Assembly (NCBI GenBank): GCA_963836075.1 | Contig: CAWIIB010000009.1 | Location: forward strand, 3,170,602 to 3,234,601 | Direction: 5' to 3' | DNA length: 64,000 nt | Origin: an uncultured Acidobacteriota bacterium | Lineage (GTDB): Bacteria; Acidobacteriota; JAQAZP01 | Shown here: one piece after another, positions 19,714-29,185 of the stretch | Position numbering within the stretch: position 1 is the first letter of the stretch | Layout of the letters: each line of letters starts with the position of its first letter | Position numbers and translations under genes: made by a program | Notes under the pieces: generated by a model | Database searches by the model: none | Told to the model about the DNA's origin: nothing | Seen by the model: the letters and a program-made list of their open reading frames with translations, nothing else

Positions 19714-22688
19714 GGCCGGAAGTCCCAGGTGACGGGGATGCGGTCCAGCTCCACGCCGGTGGCCCCGTCGATCATCCGGATCACCCCGATATGCTCGTAT
19801 CCCGCGGGAGCCACCGCGGGCGCGCCGTTCAGCCGGTAGTCCAGCCGGGTCTGGATCCCGGGGTAGAGCGAGAAGGTGTCGTTGCCGTCCCGCTGGACGG
19901 TCACCGGAACCGTCTCCTTCCAGATGTACTCCTCGCGAAGCTCGAACTCCCAGCCGGTGCCCCGGGCCGAGTCGGCAAAGCCGCCGGCCAGCTGCAGGGT
20001 GAACTCGGTGGAGCCGGCCCGGCCGGGGTCGGGGTTGTTGAAGGTTGCGGTCCAGAAGGGGAAGGTCAGGCCGCCGCGGAGCAGGGCCCGCCCGTCCTGG
20101 TCCAGGACATTGGCCGCCAGGTCGGTGAACCGGCCGAACTGCCCCGGGGGCAGGGTCAGCCGGAAGCGGACCGCGGCCAGGTCGGCGTTGAGCTTGAAAC
20201 TGTGCTCGTAGGTGTCCGAATCCGTCTCCACGCGGTGGGTGCGGGCGAATCCTTCCACCACCCCTTCGGCCCTGCCGCTGAACGGCAGGTCGAGGCCGCA
20301 GCCCAGGCGGAAACTGCCGGAGGGATCTTCGCCCGCCTCGTGGTCCGGGTGCCAGGGGAGAGGTGTGCCGGTGGTGAAGCCGGCGAAGGTGACGGTGAGG
20401 TCGCAGTCCGAGGCCTCAACGGCCCGGAAGTTGGTCACCAGGTCCAGTTCCCAGGTGCCGGGGGTCAGGTCAGCGCCGCTGAGGAACCAGGTGGCGTCGC
20501 GGCGGTCGGTCTCGCTGTTCAGCCAGGCCGAGCGCCAGATACGGTATCCCTGCTGGTTGTAGGCCTGGATGCGAACGTTGCCGTAGGCCCCATCCGGGAT
20601 GGCGGCCTCCACCCGCATGGCGGCGGCCCCGGAGGGCACCCGGACGAAGTGGCGCTGCACCTCGCCGGCCCGGCGGCCGCTCTGCCCCAGCCGCAGGGTG
20701 TAGCCGTTGGCCGGGCCGGCGGTGAGCGGCGTGATCACCGAGACCACCATGGTGAACTCCTCGGCCTGGCGGCCGGCGCCTTTGGGGAAGGCCTTGACTT
20801 CGGCGCTGTGCAGGCCCGGCCCGCTGAGTTTGGCCGGGTCGATGCGCAGGGTCACCGTGGCCTCGCCCTCGCCGCGGATGTAGACCGAGCTTTTGTCCGG
20901 GCGCAGCCAGTCGGCGCTGGAGACGAGGTTGAAGGCGCGGTAGAACTGGTGGCGCTGGTCGGCGGTGGCCGATTCGGGGAAGACGGGGTGGACCCGGAAC
21001 TGCTGCTGGCTGGCGGTGGAGGGGAGGGCGGTGCCGTAGCGCCAATACCCGGCGCCCCCCGTCTCGTCACCGTAGACCGGGGAAAAGGTTTCTATGCGAT
21101 ATCCCAGCAGCGTGCGGTCCTCATCCCCCTCGATCATCCGCTGCAGAGCCGTCCAGGAGTTGCCCACGTTGACCACTCCGGCCCCCTGGTCCAGACGGGT
21201 GTAACCGGGGAGGGGCACGGCGCCGGCTTTCAGCGCCCGGGCCAGCAGGGCCCCCTTCAGCGGCCGGTCGGTCCAGGTCTGTGCGGCGGCGCCGGCCAGC
21301 AGCAGGGCGGCACCGGCGGCCTGGGGCGTGGCCATGGAGGTGCCGGTGTAACGGTCGTGGGTCTCGAAGGGCGGCACCGTGGAGCATGAGGTGCCCGGGG
21401 CGATAACGTCGGGTTTGTCCACCAGGCCGCCGCGGGAGGAGTAGGAGGAGACCTGGTCGGTGGGGATGGCGGCCCCGAAGGCGTCCCGGGCGGTGGAGCG
21501 GTTGAGCAGCGCCCCCACGGTGAACAGGCCGGGGCCGCCGGCCGGTGCGCCCACCGAGTTGATGCCGGGGCCGGAGTTGCCCATGCTGGTCAACAGCAGC
21601 ACCAGGTCCTCGTGGTCGGCCATGATCTCGCCCAGCACCTGGTCGGCGTCATTGCGGGCCACCGGGTCGCTGCCCACCCCGTAACTGAGATTGAAGATCA
21701 CCGGCACGTCGTGCTCTGTGGCGTAGTCCACGCCAAAGAGGAGGGCCTTCTTGAAACTGTCGGTGGTGGAGGCGCCGCCGGAGAGGGTGTTGTTGCCGAT
21801 CTTGAGGCTGATCACCCGGGCGCCGGGGGCGATGCCATTGTAGCCCTCCTGGCCGTTGAGCATGTAGCCGGCGGCGATGCCGGCCACATGGGAGCCGTGG
21901 GCCCCGTCGTCAAAGTGGATGCAGACCCGGTCCTCGTCGGGATAGATGTTCAGCGCCAGGGTCAACAGGTTGCGCGATGTCTCCGGGTCCCGGCCCCGAA
22001 GCTGAAACGAGTCGAAGTTGACGTGGTAGTCGCGGACCACCTTCTCGTCGTCCATCCGGCCGTCCCCGTCGGTGTCCACCACGGCGGCCCAGTGGGGCTC
22101 CGCTCCCTCTTCGCCCGCCGTCTCGAAGGCCAGCACGGCGAACACGTCGGTGGTGTCGCCGTTGTTGTTCAGGTCGGGAACCGAGGAGTTGACCGAGTCC
22201 TGCTCCTCCAGCCAGCCGAGCAGCCAGTCTCCCTCTTCCAGGGGCTGCTGCGGCAGGGTTTCCACCCCCCAGACCCGGCGTCCGGACCCCTCCACGGTGA
22301 GGTAGCGGTCACCGCCCTCAACTCCGCTGCTGTTGTCTTCGAAGACGGCCGGTTCCAGCTTCACATCCCCCTGACCGGTGAAGTCCCGCACATCCACCAC
22401 CTTCACCGTTCCATCAGGGATCATGGTGAGACCGGGGATGCTCATATCCACGCCGGTGTCCATGACCGCCAGCACTGCCCCCCGCCCATCGAACCCGGGG
22501 TTGGCGGCAATGAAATCCGCGGCCCCGATGGCGGTGGTGGAAAGAAACTCCCAACCGGGCCAGCCATCGACTTCGTCCGTTTCGGCTGCTGGAGCGGCGG
22601 GCGGGAGGATGGCGGTGAGAAGGAGCAGGGCGGCCAGGGGCGGCAGCCAGGCCAGGCTGGGGCGTCGGTGGATGGACGACATCGGCAT
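19710..22688 (-). CDS. Secreted S8 subtilase with tripeptidyl-peptidase-II-like architecture
   Basis: Catalytic Asp VLAVMDTGVD, His DGAHGSHVAGIAAG and Ser YTGTSMATPQAAG. About 200 aa separate the Asp and the His, as in TPP II. A large C-terminal extension follows. ATG at 22688 (GGAG 9 nt upstream, signal MPMSSIHRRPSLAWLPPLAALLLL) is preferred over the track start 22934. Confidence 0.8.
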   Translation of the reverse strand: MPMSSIHRRPSLAWLPPLAALLLLTAILPPAAPAAETDEVDGWPGWEFLSTTAIGAADFIAANPGFDGRGAVLAVMDTGVDMSIPGLTMIPDGTVKVVDVRDFTGQGDVKLEPAVFEDNSSGVEGGDRYLTVEGSGRRVWGVETLPQQPLEEGDWLLGWLEEQDSVNSSVPDLNNNGDTTDVFAVLAFETAGEEGAEPHWAAVVDTDGDGRMDDEKVVRDYHVNFDSFQLRGRDPETSRNLLTLALNIYPDEDRVCIHFDDGAHGSHVAGIAAGYMLNGQEGYNGIAPGARVISLKIGNNTLSGGASTTDSFKKALLFGVDYATEHDVPVIFNLSYGVGSDPVARNDADQVLGEIMADHEDLVLLLTSMGNSGPGINSVGAPAGGPGLFTVGALLNRSTARDAFGAAIPTDQVSSYSSRGGLVDKPDVIAPGTSCSTVPPFETHDRYTGTSMATPQAAGAALLLAGAAAQTWTDRPLKGALLARALKAGAVPLPGYTRLDQGAGVVNVGNSWTALQRMIEGDEDRTLLGYRIETFSPVYGDETGGAGYWRYGTALPSTASQQQFRVHPVFPESATADQRHQFYRAFNLVSSADWLRPDKSSVYIRGEGEATVTLRIDPAKLSGPGLHSAEVKAFPKGAGRQAEEFTMVVSVITPLTAGPANGYTLRLGQSGRRAGEVQRHFVRVPSGAAAMRVEAAIPDGAYGNVRIQAYNQQGYRIWRSAWLNSETDRRDATWFLSGADLTPGTWELDLVTNFRAVEASDCDLTVTFAGFTTGTPLPWHPDHEAGEDPSGSFRLGCGLDLPFSGRAEGVVEGFARTHRVETDSDTYEHSFKLNADLAAVRFRLTLPPGQFGRFTDLAANVLDQDGRALLRGGLTFPFWTATFNNPDPGRAGSTEFTLQLAGGFADSARGTGWEFELREEYIWKETVPVTVQRDGNDTFSLYPGIQTRLDYRLNGAPAVAPAGYEHIGVIRMIDGATGVELDRIPVTWDFRP

Positions 22689-22796
22689 CGGTGAAACTCC
22701 TCTCGGTATGATTGATGAGTTCGGTTTTTTTGACCGGGATGATTCTATCGCCGGCCGCGCAAAAGGCGCAACCGGGCCCGTAGTGGCAAATAGCTC

Positions 22797-22825
22797 TTGA
22801 ACTGGCGTCCGAATCGTCCGACAAT
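22797..22825 (+). promoter_or_regulatory. Candidate promoter for the response-regulator gene
   Basis: TTGAAC (22797-22802), 17-nt spacer, GACAAT (22820-22825), in the divergent intergenic region. Confidence 0.25.
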
Positions 22826-22887
22826 TAGTGTATTCTACAGTTTCTCGCTCTCTTATGGCATTCCTCTTGACCGGGGGTACTGGTCCC

Positions 22888-24436
22888 ATGGAACCGAACG
22901 CAGTCATACTGGTGGTGGATGACGACCCGGTCATCCGCGACTATCTGAGTTCCCTGCTCAGTTCAGCCGGCTACCTGGTGGTCACGGCCACTAACGGGGT
23001 GGAGGCCCTGGAGCGGCTGGCCGGTTTTTCCGTGGATCTGGTGATCACCGACCTGAAGATGCCCAGCATGGACGGCTATGAGTTCTGCCGCCGGTTGAGC
23101 GAGGACCCGCGGTACAGCAACATTCCCGTGGTGATCATCAGTGGCCAGTCCGAACGATCGGACAGGGTCCGCGGTCTGGAACTGGGTGCGCTGGACTTTC
23201 TGATCAAGCCGTTTCACATGACCGAGGTCATGGCCAAGGTCCGCAACTGGGTCAACTATCACCAGCTGAGCGAGAAGTGGCTCCATGCCATGGAGGATCT
23301 CGGCTCGGTAACCGACTACTCCCGGGGCATCCTCAAGGAGTTCGATCCGCAGACCTTTGGCACGGCGCGCTGGCTGCAGCGGATGTTCACTCACATCGAG
23401 CAGTCGGCCCCGCGGCACGACGAGATCCCGCAGTTCCTGATGCTGGTGGAGCGCAACGGCGGCCAGGGCTGCCGGGTACGGCTCATCGCCCGGGAGACCG
23501 ATGACGCCACCATCGAGGGACTGGGCGAGTGGGTGGAGCTGGGAGCCAGCGCGCTGGACAGCGACGTCTACTGGCGCAACGACCCGATCCGGGCCGTGGA
23601 TTTCGAGAGCTCGACGGACGATCATGACGCCATCCCCTTTGTCCAGTTGAGCCGCAACACCGTGTCCTTGCGTAATTTTGTCTCGGTCTGTTCCAGCGGG
23701 GCGCTGCTTCTGCTGGGCATCAACTATCCGGGCAAGGTGGCCGAGGAATACGGTTACATCCTCAAGGCCGCGCTGCTGCACCACGACTTTTTCCGCACCA
23801 TCGCCGCCCGCGGGCGCGAGGTGGAGGATGCCTTCCACTACACAGTGGGGGCCCTGGCCCGGGCCTCGGCGGCCAACGATGTGGAGACCGGCAACCACCT
23901 GATGCGGGTCAACGAGTACCTCGGCCCTGCTGGCCGCCACCATGGGCCTGTCCGAAGAGCTGGTGAGCGAGTTGCGCCACTTCGCCCAGATGCACGATGT
24001 GGGCAAGATCCAGATCAGTGCTGACATCCTGCTGAAGAAGGGCAAGCTGACCCGGGATGAGTGGGAGGAGATGAAGCGCCACACCATCTACGGCGTGGAA
24101 ATCCTCGGGGACTCGCCGCGGCTGGATGTGGCCCGGCAGATCGCCCTCAGCCACCACGAGTGCTGGGACGGGTCGGGTTACCCCCAGGGTCTGAAGGAGG
24201 ATGAGATCCCCCTGGCGGCACGGGTGGTCAAACTGGCCGATGCTTACGATGCCCTGCGCAGCCGCCGGGTTTACAAACCGGTGCTCTCCGGGGAGGAGGC
24301 CTACGGCATTATCGTCAACGGTGACGACAGCCGGGCCCGGCCCGAGGAGTTCGACCCCGCCGTTCTCGCCGCCTTCCGCTCCTGCGCCAGCGAGATGGAC
24401 GCCATCTTCCGCCGCCTCTCCGATACCAGCGACTGA
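22888..24436 (+). pseudogene. Response regulator (REC) - unknown middle domain - HD-GYP phosphodiesterase, interrupted by a 1-nt frameshift near 23920
   Basis: REC domain ILVVDDDPVIRD..VITDLKMPSMDG..DFLIKPF lies in frame 1. The HD-GYP domain starts in frame 1 (ETGNHLMRVNEY) and continues only in frame 2 (SALLAATMGLSEELV..QMHDVGKI..HHECWDGSGYPQGL..LADAYDALRSRRVYK). The junction is gag tac C tcg gcc. Confidence 0.7.
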
Positions 24437-24456
24437 CGGGACATTCAGTCAATCGA

Positions 24457-24486
24457 AGGACAGCAGTGGCACCTGGTCCTCTTTTT
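24457..24486 (+). terminator. Candidate intrinsic terminator after the HD-GYP gene
   Basis: Imperfect hairpin aggacag..ctggtcct (24457-24480) followed by cttttt. Confidence 0.35.
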
Positions 24487-24541
24487 CGCCTCATTTTCTG
24501 CTTTTCTGTATAATCGGCGTAACGATCTCTCGGAGGTGTTG

Positions 24542-26365
24542 ATGTCCCGTCTGTTTGGCGCCGCAGCGTTTCTCATTCCCCTGGTGGTCTACTGGCTGAC
24601 CGCCGCGCCGGGTATGACGCTGATCGACAGCGGCGAGCTGGCCCTCAGCGCATGGAACCCGGGCGTGGCGCATCCCCCGGGGTTCCCGCTCTACGTGCTG
24701 GTGGGATTTCTCTTTGCCCGCCTGCCCCTGGCCGAACCGGCCCGCAACCTGAACCTCTTTTCGGCCCTCTGCGGCGCGGCCGCCTGCTGGCTGGTCTGGC
24801 TGGCGGCGCGGGTGGTCATCCGGCGCGAGCGGGACTGGACCGTGGAGCTGGCCGCCCTCTGCGCCGCACTGACTTTCGGGTTCACCTTTGTTCTCTGGGG
24901 TTTTACCTCCTTCACCGAGGTCTACACCCTGAGCCTGGCCCTGCTGGCCGCGGCCGTTTTCTTCCTGCTCCGGGCCATGGAGGCCGACATCCCACCGCCG
25001 CGGCTGCTGCTCTGGGCGGCGTTCTTCTGGGCCCTGGCCCTGGCCGTCCATCTGGGCACCGTGGCGCTCACCGCACCGGCATTCCTCTTTGCCGCGCTCA
25101 CCGCCGGCCGGGGGGAGTTCTCGTGGTCCGCAACCCTGGGCAACTGGCGGCGGCTGGTGGTGCCCGCGGCGCTGGTGGTGGCCGTGGCCGGCCTGCTCTA
25201 TTCCACCATCGCCCTGCTGGCCTGGCTGGGACCGCAGTTCAACTGGGGCGACGCCACCAGCCTCTCCCGCTTCCTGCGCCACGTCAGCGGCAAGCAATAC
25301 CAGGGGAACCTCTTCTCCTCCACCGCCGCGGTGGTCTGGGCCGAGCTGCTGCGCATCGGCCGGCACACGTTCTTCCAGGGCACCCCACTGGCCCTCCTCG
25401 CCGCTCTCTGGGGCATGGTGGTGTTGCGCCGGCCCCGCGGCCGCCGACTGCTGGTCACGTTGCTCCTGCTGATCCTGTTCAACGTTTTTTATGCGCTGGC
25501 CTACGAAATCAACGAGGACAAGGAAGCCTATTACATGGTGACCTTCTTTGCCGGGGCCCTGCTGATGGCCGCGGGGGCCGGCGACCTGCTGCAGCGGGCA
25601 CGGCCGCGGCGCCTGCTGGCGGGTCTTGCCGCCGGGCTGGTCCTGCTGCCGGCGGCGGTGCTCTGGATGCACTGGGACGAATGCGACCGCAGCGCTGACC
25701 ACCGGGCGCAGATGCTGGTCCGGGAGATCTGTGACCCGCTGCCCCGGGGAGCGCTGCTGCTGACCCGGGAGTGGCAGTTCTACTCCCCCTGGCTTTACTA
25801 CCACCACGTTCTCGGCTACCGCCCGGACCTGCGGGTGGTGGACGTCAACCTGGTCCGCCGCTCGTGGTATATGGACTATCTGGAGCGCCGGGTCCCAGGC
25901 CTCATGGCCGCCGCGGAGCCGCAGAAACTCGCCTTCCTCCGGCAGCTGGCCCTGTTCGAGGAGGACCGGCCCTATGACCCGGGAACCATCCAGCAGACGT
26001 TCGTCGCCTTTTTCAACGGTTTGATCACCGCCGCCGGCGACGAGGGGGCGCCGGTGCACATCATCATTCCCATGGAGAGCGGCGTGGGCGCCGGCTGGAC
26101 CCCGGTGCCCCACGGGCTGACCTTCCGGCTGCTGCCGCCGGGGAACCCGCGGCCGGCGCCGGCTGATATCGCCATCCGTGAGCGGGAGCGGTGGGTCTTT
26201 GGCCGGGACGACCTGGCCGGACGCAAAGTGCGGTGGCTGCACGGCGAGATGCTCTACTGGGCCGGCCGGCACTGTGCCGACCGGGGGGAAGCGGTCCGGG
26301 CCCGGCAGTTCGTGGAGCGGGCGGACGCCGTCCACCCTCCGGGGACGCCCTATCCCGGACACTAG
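24542..26365 (+). CDS. DUF2723 / TMEM260-like GT-C membrane protein
   Basis: Hallmark N-terminal motif LTAAPGMTLIDSGELALSAWNPGVAHPPGFPLYVLVGFLF, then about 10 TM helices and a soluble C-terminal domain. ATG 24542 lies 5 nt after GGAGG; the track starts at GTG 24536. Confidence 0.85.
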   Translation: MSRLFGAAAFLIPLVVYWLTAAPGMTLIDSGELALSAWNPGVAHPPGFPLYVLVGFLFARLPLAEPARNLNLFSALCGAAACWLVWLAARVVIRRERDWTVELAALCAALTFGFTFVLWGFTSFTEVYTLSLALLAAAVFFLLRAMEADIPPPRLLLWAAFFWALALAVHLGTVALTAPAFLFAALTAGRGEFSWSATLGNWRRLVVPAALVVAVAGLLYSTIALLAWLGPQFNWGDATSLSRFLRHVSGKQYQGNLFSSTAAVVWAELLRIGRHTFFQGTPLALLAALWGMVVLRRPRGRRLLVTLLLLILFNVFYALAYEINEDKEAYYMVTFFAGALLMAAGAGDLLQRARPRRLLAGLAAGLVLLPAAVLWMHWDECDRSADHRAQMLVREICDPLPRGALLLTREWQFYSPWLYYHHVLGYRPDLRVVDVNLVRRSWYMDYLERRVPGLMAAAEPQKLAFLRQLALFEEDRPYDPGTIQQTFVAFFNGLITAAGDEGAPVHIIIPMESGVGAGWTPVPHGLTFRLLPPGNPRPAPADIAIRERERWVFGRDDLAGRKVRWLHGEMLYWAGRHCADRGEAVRARQFVERADAVHPPGTPYPGH

Positions 26366-26398
26366 GTCGCGGGTGTGCTGCAGACAGAGGGAGGATGC

Positions 26399-26802
26399 AT
26401 GGAGCGAAAGACCAGAACCGTCCTGGCCATCACCCTGGCACTGGGTATCCTGTCCGGTGCCTGCGGCAACGGGGGAGATACGGCGGGGAGCCGGCGGCCC
26501 GGGGCCGTGACGCCTATGGCGAATTCATCGCTTACGGCACCGAGCGCAAGGCGATCATCTCCGGTGACTGGAAATATATCGTGGGGCTGGCAGACGGGCT
26601 CGAAGAACTGTACCATCTGGGGCAGGATCCCATGGAGCAGGTAAACCTGGCGGCCAGGGAAAAAGGCCGGGTAGCCGACATGCGCCGCCGCCTGCAACAG
26701 CACCTGGAAGCCTGTGCCGGCCGGCGGCAGTGGTCCGGTGAGCGGCTGGCCCTCCAGGGAAGAATGGTCGAAGAGCTTCAGGCCCTCGGGTGTGTGGAGT
26801 GA
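26399..26802 (+). pseudogene. Sulfatase-family remnant: a lipoprotein signal peptide fused out of frame to only the C-terminal tail
   Basis: ATG 26399 after GGAGG encodes MERKTRTVLAITLALGILSGACGNGGD (frame 2). From about 26510, frame 1 encodes YGEFIAYGTERKAIISGDWKYIVG..ELYHLGQDPMEQVNLAA..VEELQALGCVE. This aligns with the C-termini of both sulfatase-like proteins in the window. The catalytic core is absent. Confidence 0.55.
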
Positions 26803-26819
26803 GGCCGGGAGGACGGAAG

Positions 26820-28409
26820 ATGGCGAAAAGCGTTTCCTGGAAGCAGTTCAAGGAGCAGTGCTGGTGGGACGACGAGACCGGTTTCCGTCTCGACTACAGC
26901 CGGATGGGGTTTTCCGAGGGATACATCTCCAGGATGGAACCGGCCATCTACACCGCCATCCAGCAGATGACGGCGCTGGAAAGCGGTGCTGTGGCCAACC
27001 CCGACGAGAAGCGGATGGTGGGCCACTACTGGCTGCGGGCGCCGGATCTGGCCCCGAGCCCGGCCATCACCAGGGAGATCCGCTCCACCGTGGCGCAGAT
27101 CCGCCAGTTCGCCGCGCACGTTCATGCCGGCGACCTGGCCCCGGAGCGTGGCGGCAGGTTTACCCGGCTGCTGCTGGTGGGGATCGGCGGATCGGCCCTC
27201 GGCCCGCAACTGGTGGACGATGCCCTTGCCGGCGCCGATGACCCGCTTCGCGCCCACTTCTTCGACAACACCGATCCCGACGGAATGGACCGGGAGCTGA
27301 ACCTCATCGGCAACGACCTGCAGCGCACGCTGGTGGTGGTGGTCTCCAAGTCGGGCTCCACCCCCGAGACGCGCAACGGCATGCTGGAGACCATGGCCGC
27401 GTACGGCAGGGCCGGGCTGAACTTCGGGGCCCACGCGGCGGCGGTCACCGGCCAGGGCAGCAAACTGGCCGACTTTGCCGCGGAGAACTCCTTTCTCAGC
27501 ATCTTTCCCATGTGGGACTGGGTGGGGGGGAGGACCTCGGTGATGTCCGCGGTGGGGCTGCTGCCGGCGGCGCTCCAGGGCTTCCCTGTGGAGCGGCTGC
27601 TGGCCGGCGCCCGCCGGATGGACGCGCTGACCCGCTCGCAGGAGGTGCGGCTGAACCCGGCGCTGCTGCTGGCCCTGGCCTGGCACCATGCCGGCGAAGG
27701 ACGGGGGCTGAAGGACATGGTGGTCATCCCCTACAAGGACCGCCTGGCCCTGTTCAGCCGCTACCTGCAGCAACTGGTGATGGAGTCCCTGGGCAAGGAG
27801 CAGAACCTGGAGGGCAAAGTGGTCCACCAGGGGATCGCTGTCTACGGCAACAAGGGCTCCACCGACCAGCACGCATACGTGCAGCAGCTGCGGGACGGCA
27901 TCCACAATTTTTTCCTTACCTTCATCCATGTGCTTCGGCAGCGTGATGGCGGTTCGCTGGACGTGGAGGACGACATTACCTGCGGCGACTACCTCTCCGG
28001 CTTTCTCCTCGGGACGCGCCAGGCGCTGACCGAGAGCGGGCGGGCCACGATGACCATCACCCTGCCCGCGGTCACCCCGGAATCGCTGGGCTCGCTGATT
28101 GCCCTCTTCGAGCGAACGGTGGGCTTCTACGCTTCGATGGTGGGGATCAACGCTTACAACCAGCCGGGAGTTGAAGCGGGGAAAAAGGCCGCCCAGAGCA
28201 TATTGGACCTCCAGCTGGCCCTGGCGGTGGTCTTGCGCGAGAACCGGGGCCGCTGGCTCTCGGTGGCGGAACTGGCCCGCGAGACACTCTCCGGCAGCAG
28301 TCCGGAGACGGTGTTTCACATCGTCGAGTCACTGGCGGCCAACGGCCGTTACGGCGTCCGCGCCGAGCGGGGACCCACCCCGTTCCAGAACCGCTACCGC
28401 ATCGATTGA
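26820..28409 (+). CDS. pgi: Glucose-6-phosphate isomerase
   Basis: Motifs LLVGIGGSALGPQ, VVVSKSGSTPETRNG and GNKGSTDQHAYVQQLRDG. ATG 26820 follows GGGAGGACGGAAG; the track starts at 26790. Confidence 0.9.
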   Translation: MAKSVSWKQFKEQCWWDDETGFRLDYSRMGFSEGYISRMEPAIYTAIQQMTALESGAVANPDEKRMVGHYWLRAPDLAPSPAITREIRSTVAQIRQFAAHVHAGDLAPERGGRFTRLLLVGIGGSALGPQLVDDALAGADDPLRAHFFDNTDPDGMDRELNLIGNDLQRTLVVVVSKSGSTPETRNGMLETMAAYGRAGLNFGAHAAAVTGQGSKLADFAAENSFLSIFPMWDWVGGRTSVMSAVGLLPAALQGFPVERLLAGARRMDALTRSQEVRLNPALLLALAWHHAGEGRGLKDMVVIPYKDRLALFSRYLQQLVMESLGKEQNLEGKVVHQGIAVYGNKGSTDQHAYVQQLRDGIHNFFLTFIHVLRQRDGGSLDVEDDITCGDYLSGFLLGTRQALTESGRATMTITLPAVTPESLGSLIALFERTVGFYASMVGINAYNQPGVEAGKKAAQSILDLQLALAVVLRENRGRWLSVAELARETLSGSSPETVFHIVESLAANGRYGVRAERGPTPFQNRYRID

Positions 28410-28435
28410 GGTCGCCGGCAGCAGGGAGAGGGCAG

Positions 28436-29182
28436 GTGGAATACCAGCGGGCAGCCGAGGCTATCAGGACGGCGAAACGAGCGGTGGGGTTCACCGGGGC
28501 GGGCATCTCGGTGGAGAGCGGTATCCCGCCTTTCCGCGGTGCAGGTGGGCTCTGGAACCGCTACGACCCGGCCCTGCTGCAGCTGGATCATTTCCTCTCC
28601 AGCCCCGACACGTCCTGGAAGGTGATCCGCGAGATCTTTTACGACTTTTTCGGTTCCGCCGTGCCCAACGCGGCGCACCGCGGCCTGGCCCAGCTGGAGC
28701 GGCTGGGACTGCTCCAGGGAGTGATCACCCAGAACATCGACAACCTGCACCAGGATGCGGGCAGCCGGACCGTGCACGAGTTCCACGGCACCGCCGGCCG
28801 GATGGTCTGCCTGGCCTGCCGCGTGAAACGGCCCTCGGGCGAGGTGGACCTGCAGCGGCTGCCGCCCACCTGTCCCGACTGCGGGGGCCTGCTCAAACCC
28901 GACTTCATCTTCTTTGGCGAAGGGATCCCGGAGGAGGTGAGCGCGGCGGCGTTTCACGAGACCGAGCTGTCCGACCTCTTTATCCTGGTGGGCACCACCG
29001 GCGGGGTGATGCCGGCCTGCCTGATCCCCAGCCTGGCCAAGCAGAACGGGGCAACGATCATTGAGATCAATGTGCAGCCCTCGAACTACATTACGCGCGG
29101 TGTCACCGACATCTTTCTCCAGGACAAGGCCACCGCGGCGATGAACAAGCTGTTTGAGGCGCTTGATCTGCCTCCCCCGTAA
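28436..29182 (+). CDS. cobB: NAD-dependent protein deacylase (Sir2/CobB family)
   Basis: Motifs GFTGAGISVESGIPPFRG, ITQNIDNLHQDAGS and HEFHGT, plus zinc ribbon CLACR..CPDCGG. GTG 28436 after GGGAGAGGGCAG is preferred; the track TTG 28406 overlaps the pgi stop. Confidence 0.85.
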   Translation: MEYQRAAEAIRTAKRAVGFTGAGISVESGIPPFRGAGGLWNRYDPALLQLDHFLSSPDTSWKVIREIFYDFFGSAVPNAAHRGLAQLERLGLLQGVITQNIDNLHQDAGSRTVHEFHGTAGRMVCLACRVKRPSGEVDLQRLPPTCPDCGGLLKPDFIFFGEGIPEEVSAAAFHETELSDLFILVGTTGGVMPACLIPSLAKQNGATIIEINVQPSNYITRGVTDIFLQDKATAAMNKLFEALDLPPP

Positions 29183-29185
29183 GCG

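Noticed and set aside
22689-22934. N-terminal extensions of the longest ORFs: S8 peptidase to 22934, oah to 39018, NPP to 5468, uvrA to 11070, nifS to 62316, TPR-GT-C to 34708 and the M49-like gene to 59179.
   Set aside because: In each case an internal ATG has a proper Shine-Dalgarno sequence and yields a signal peptide or the canonical N-terminus. The extensions are non-homologous and often overlap neighbouring genes.
28436-29182. Sir2-domain protein as a possible anti-phage defence component (Thoeris/DSR/SIR2-HerA style).
   Set aside because: It is a short canonical CobB-type deacylase with the CxxC..CxxC zinc ribbon and complete NAD-binding motifs. It has no fused or adjacent effector or sensor and sits next to pgi, so it is most likely housekeeping.
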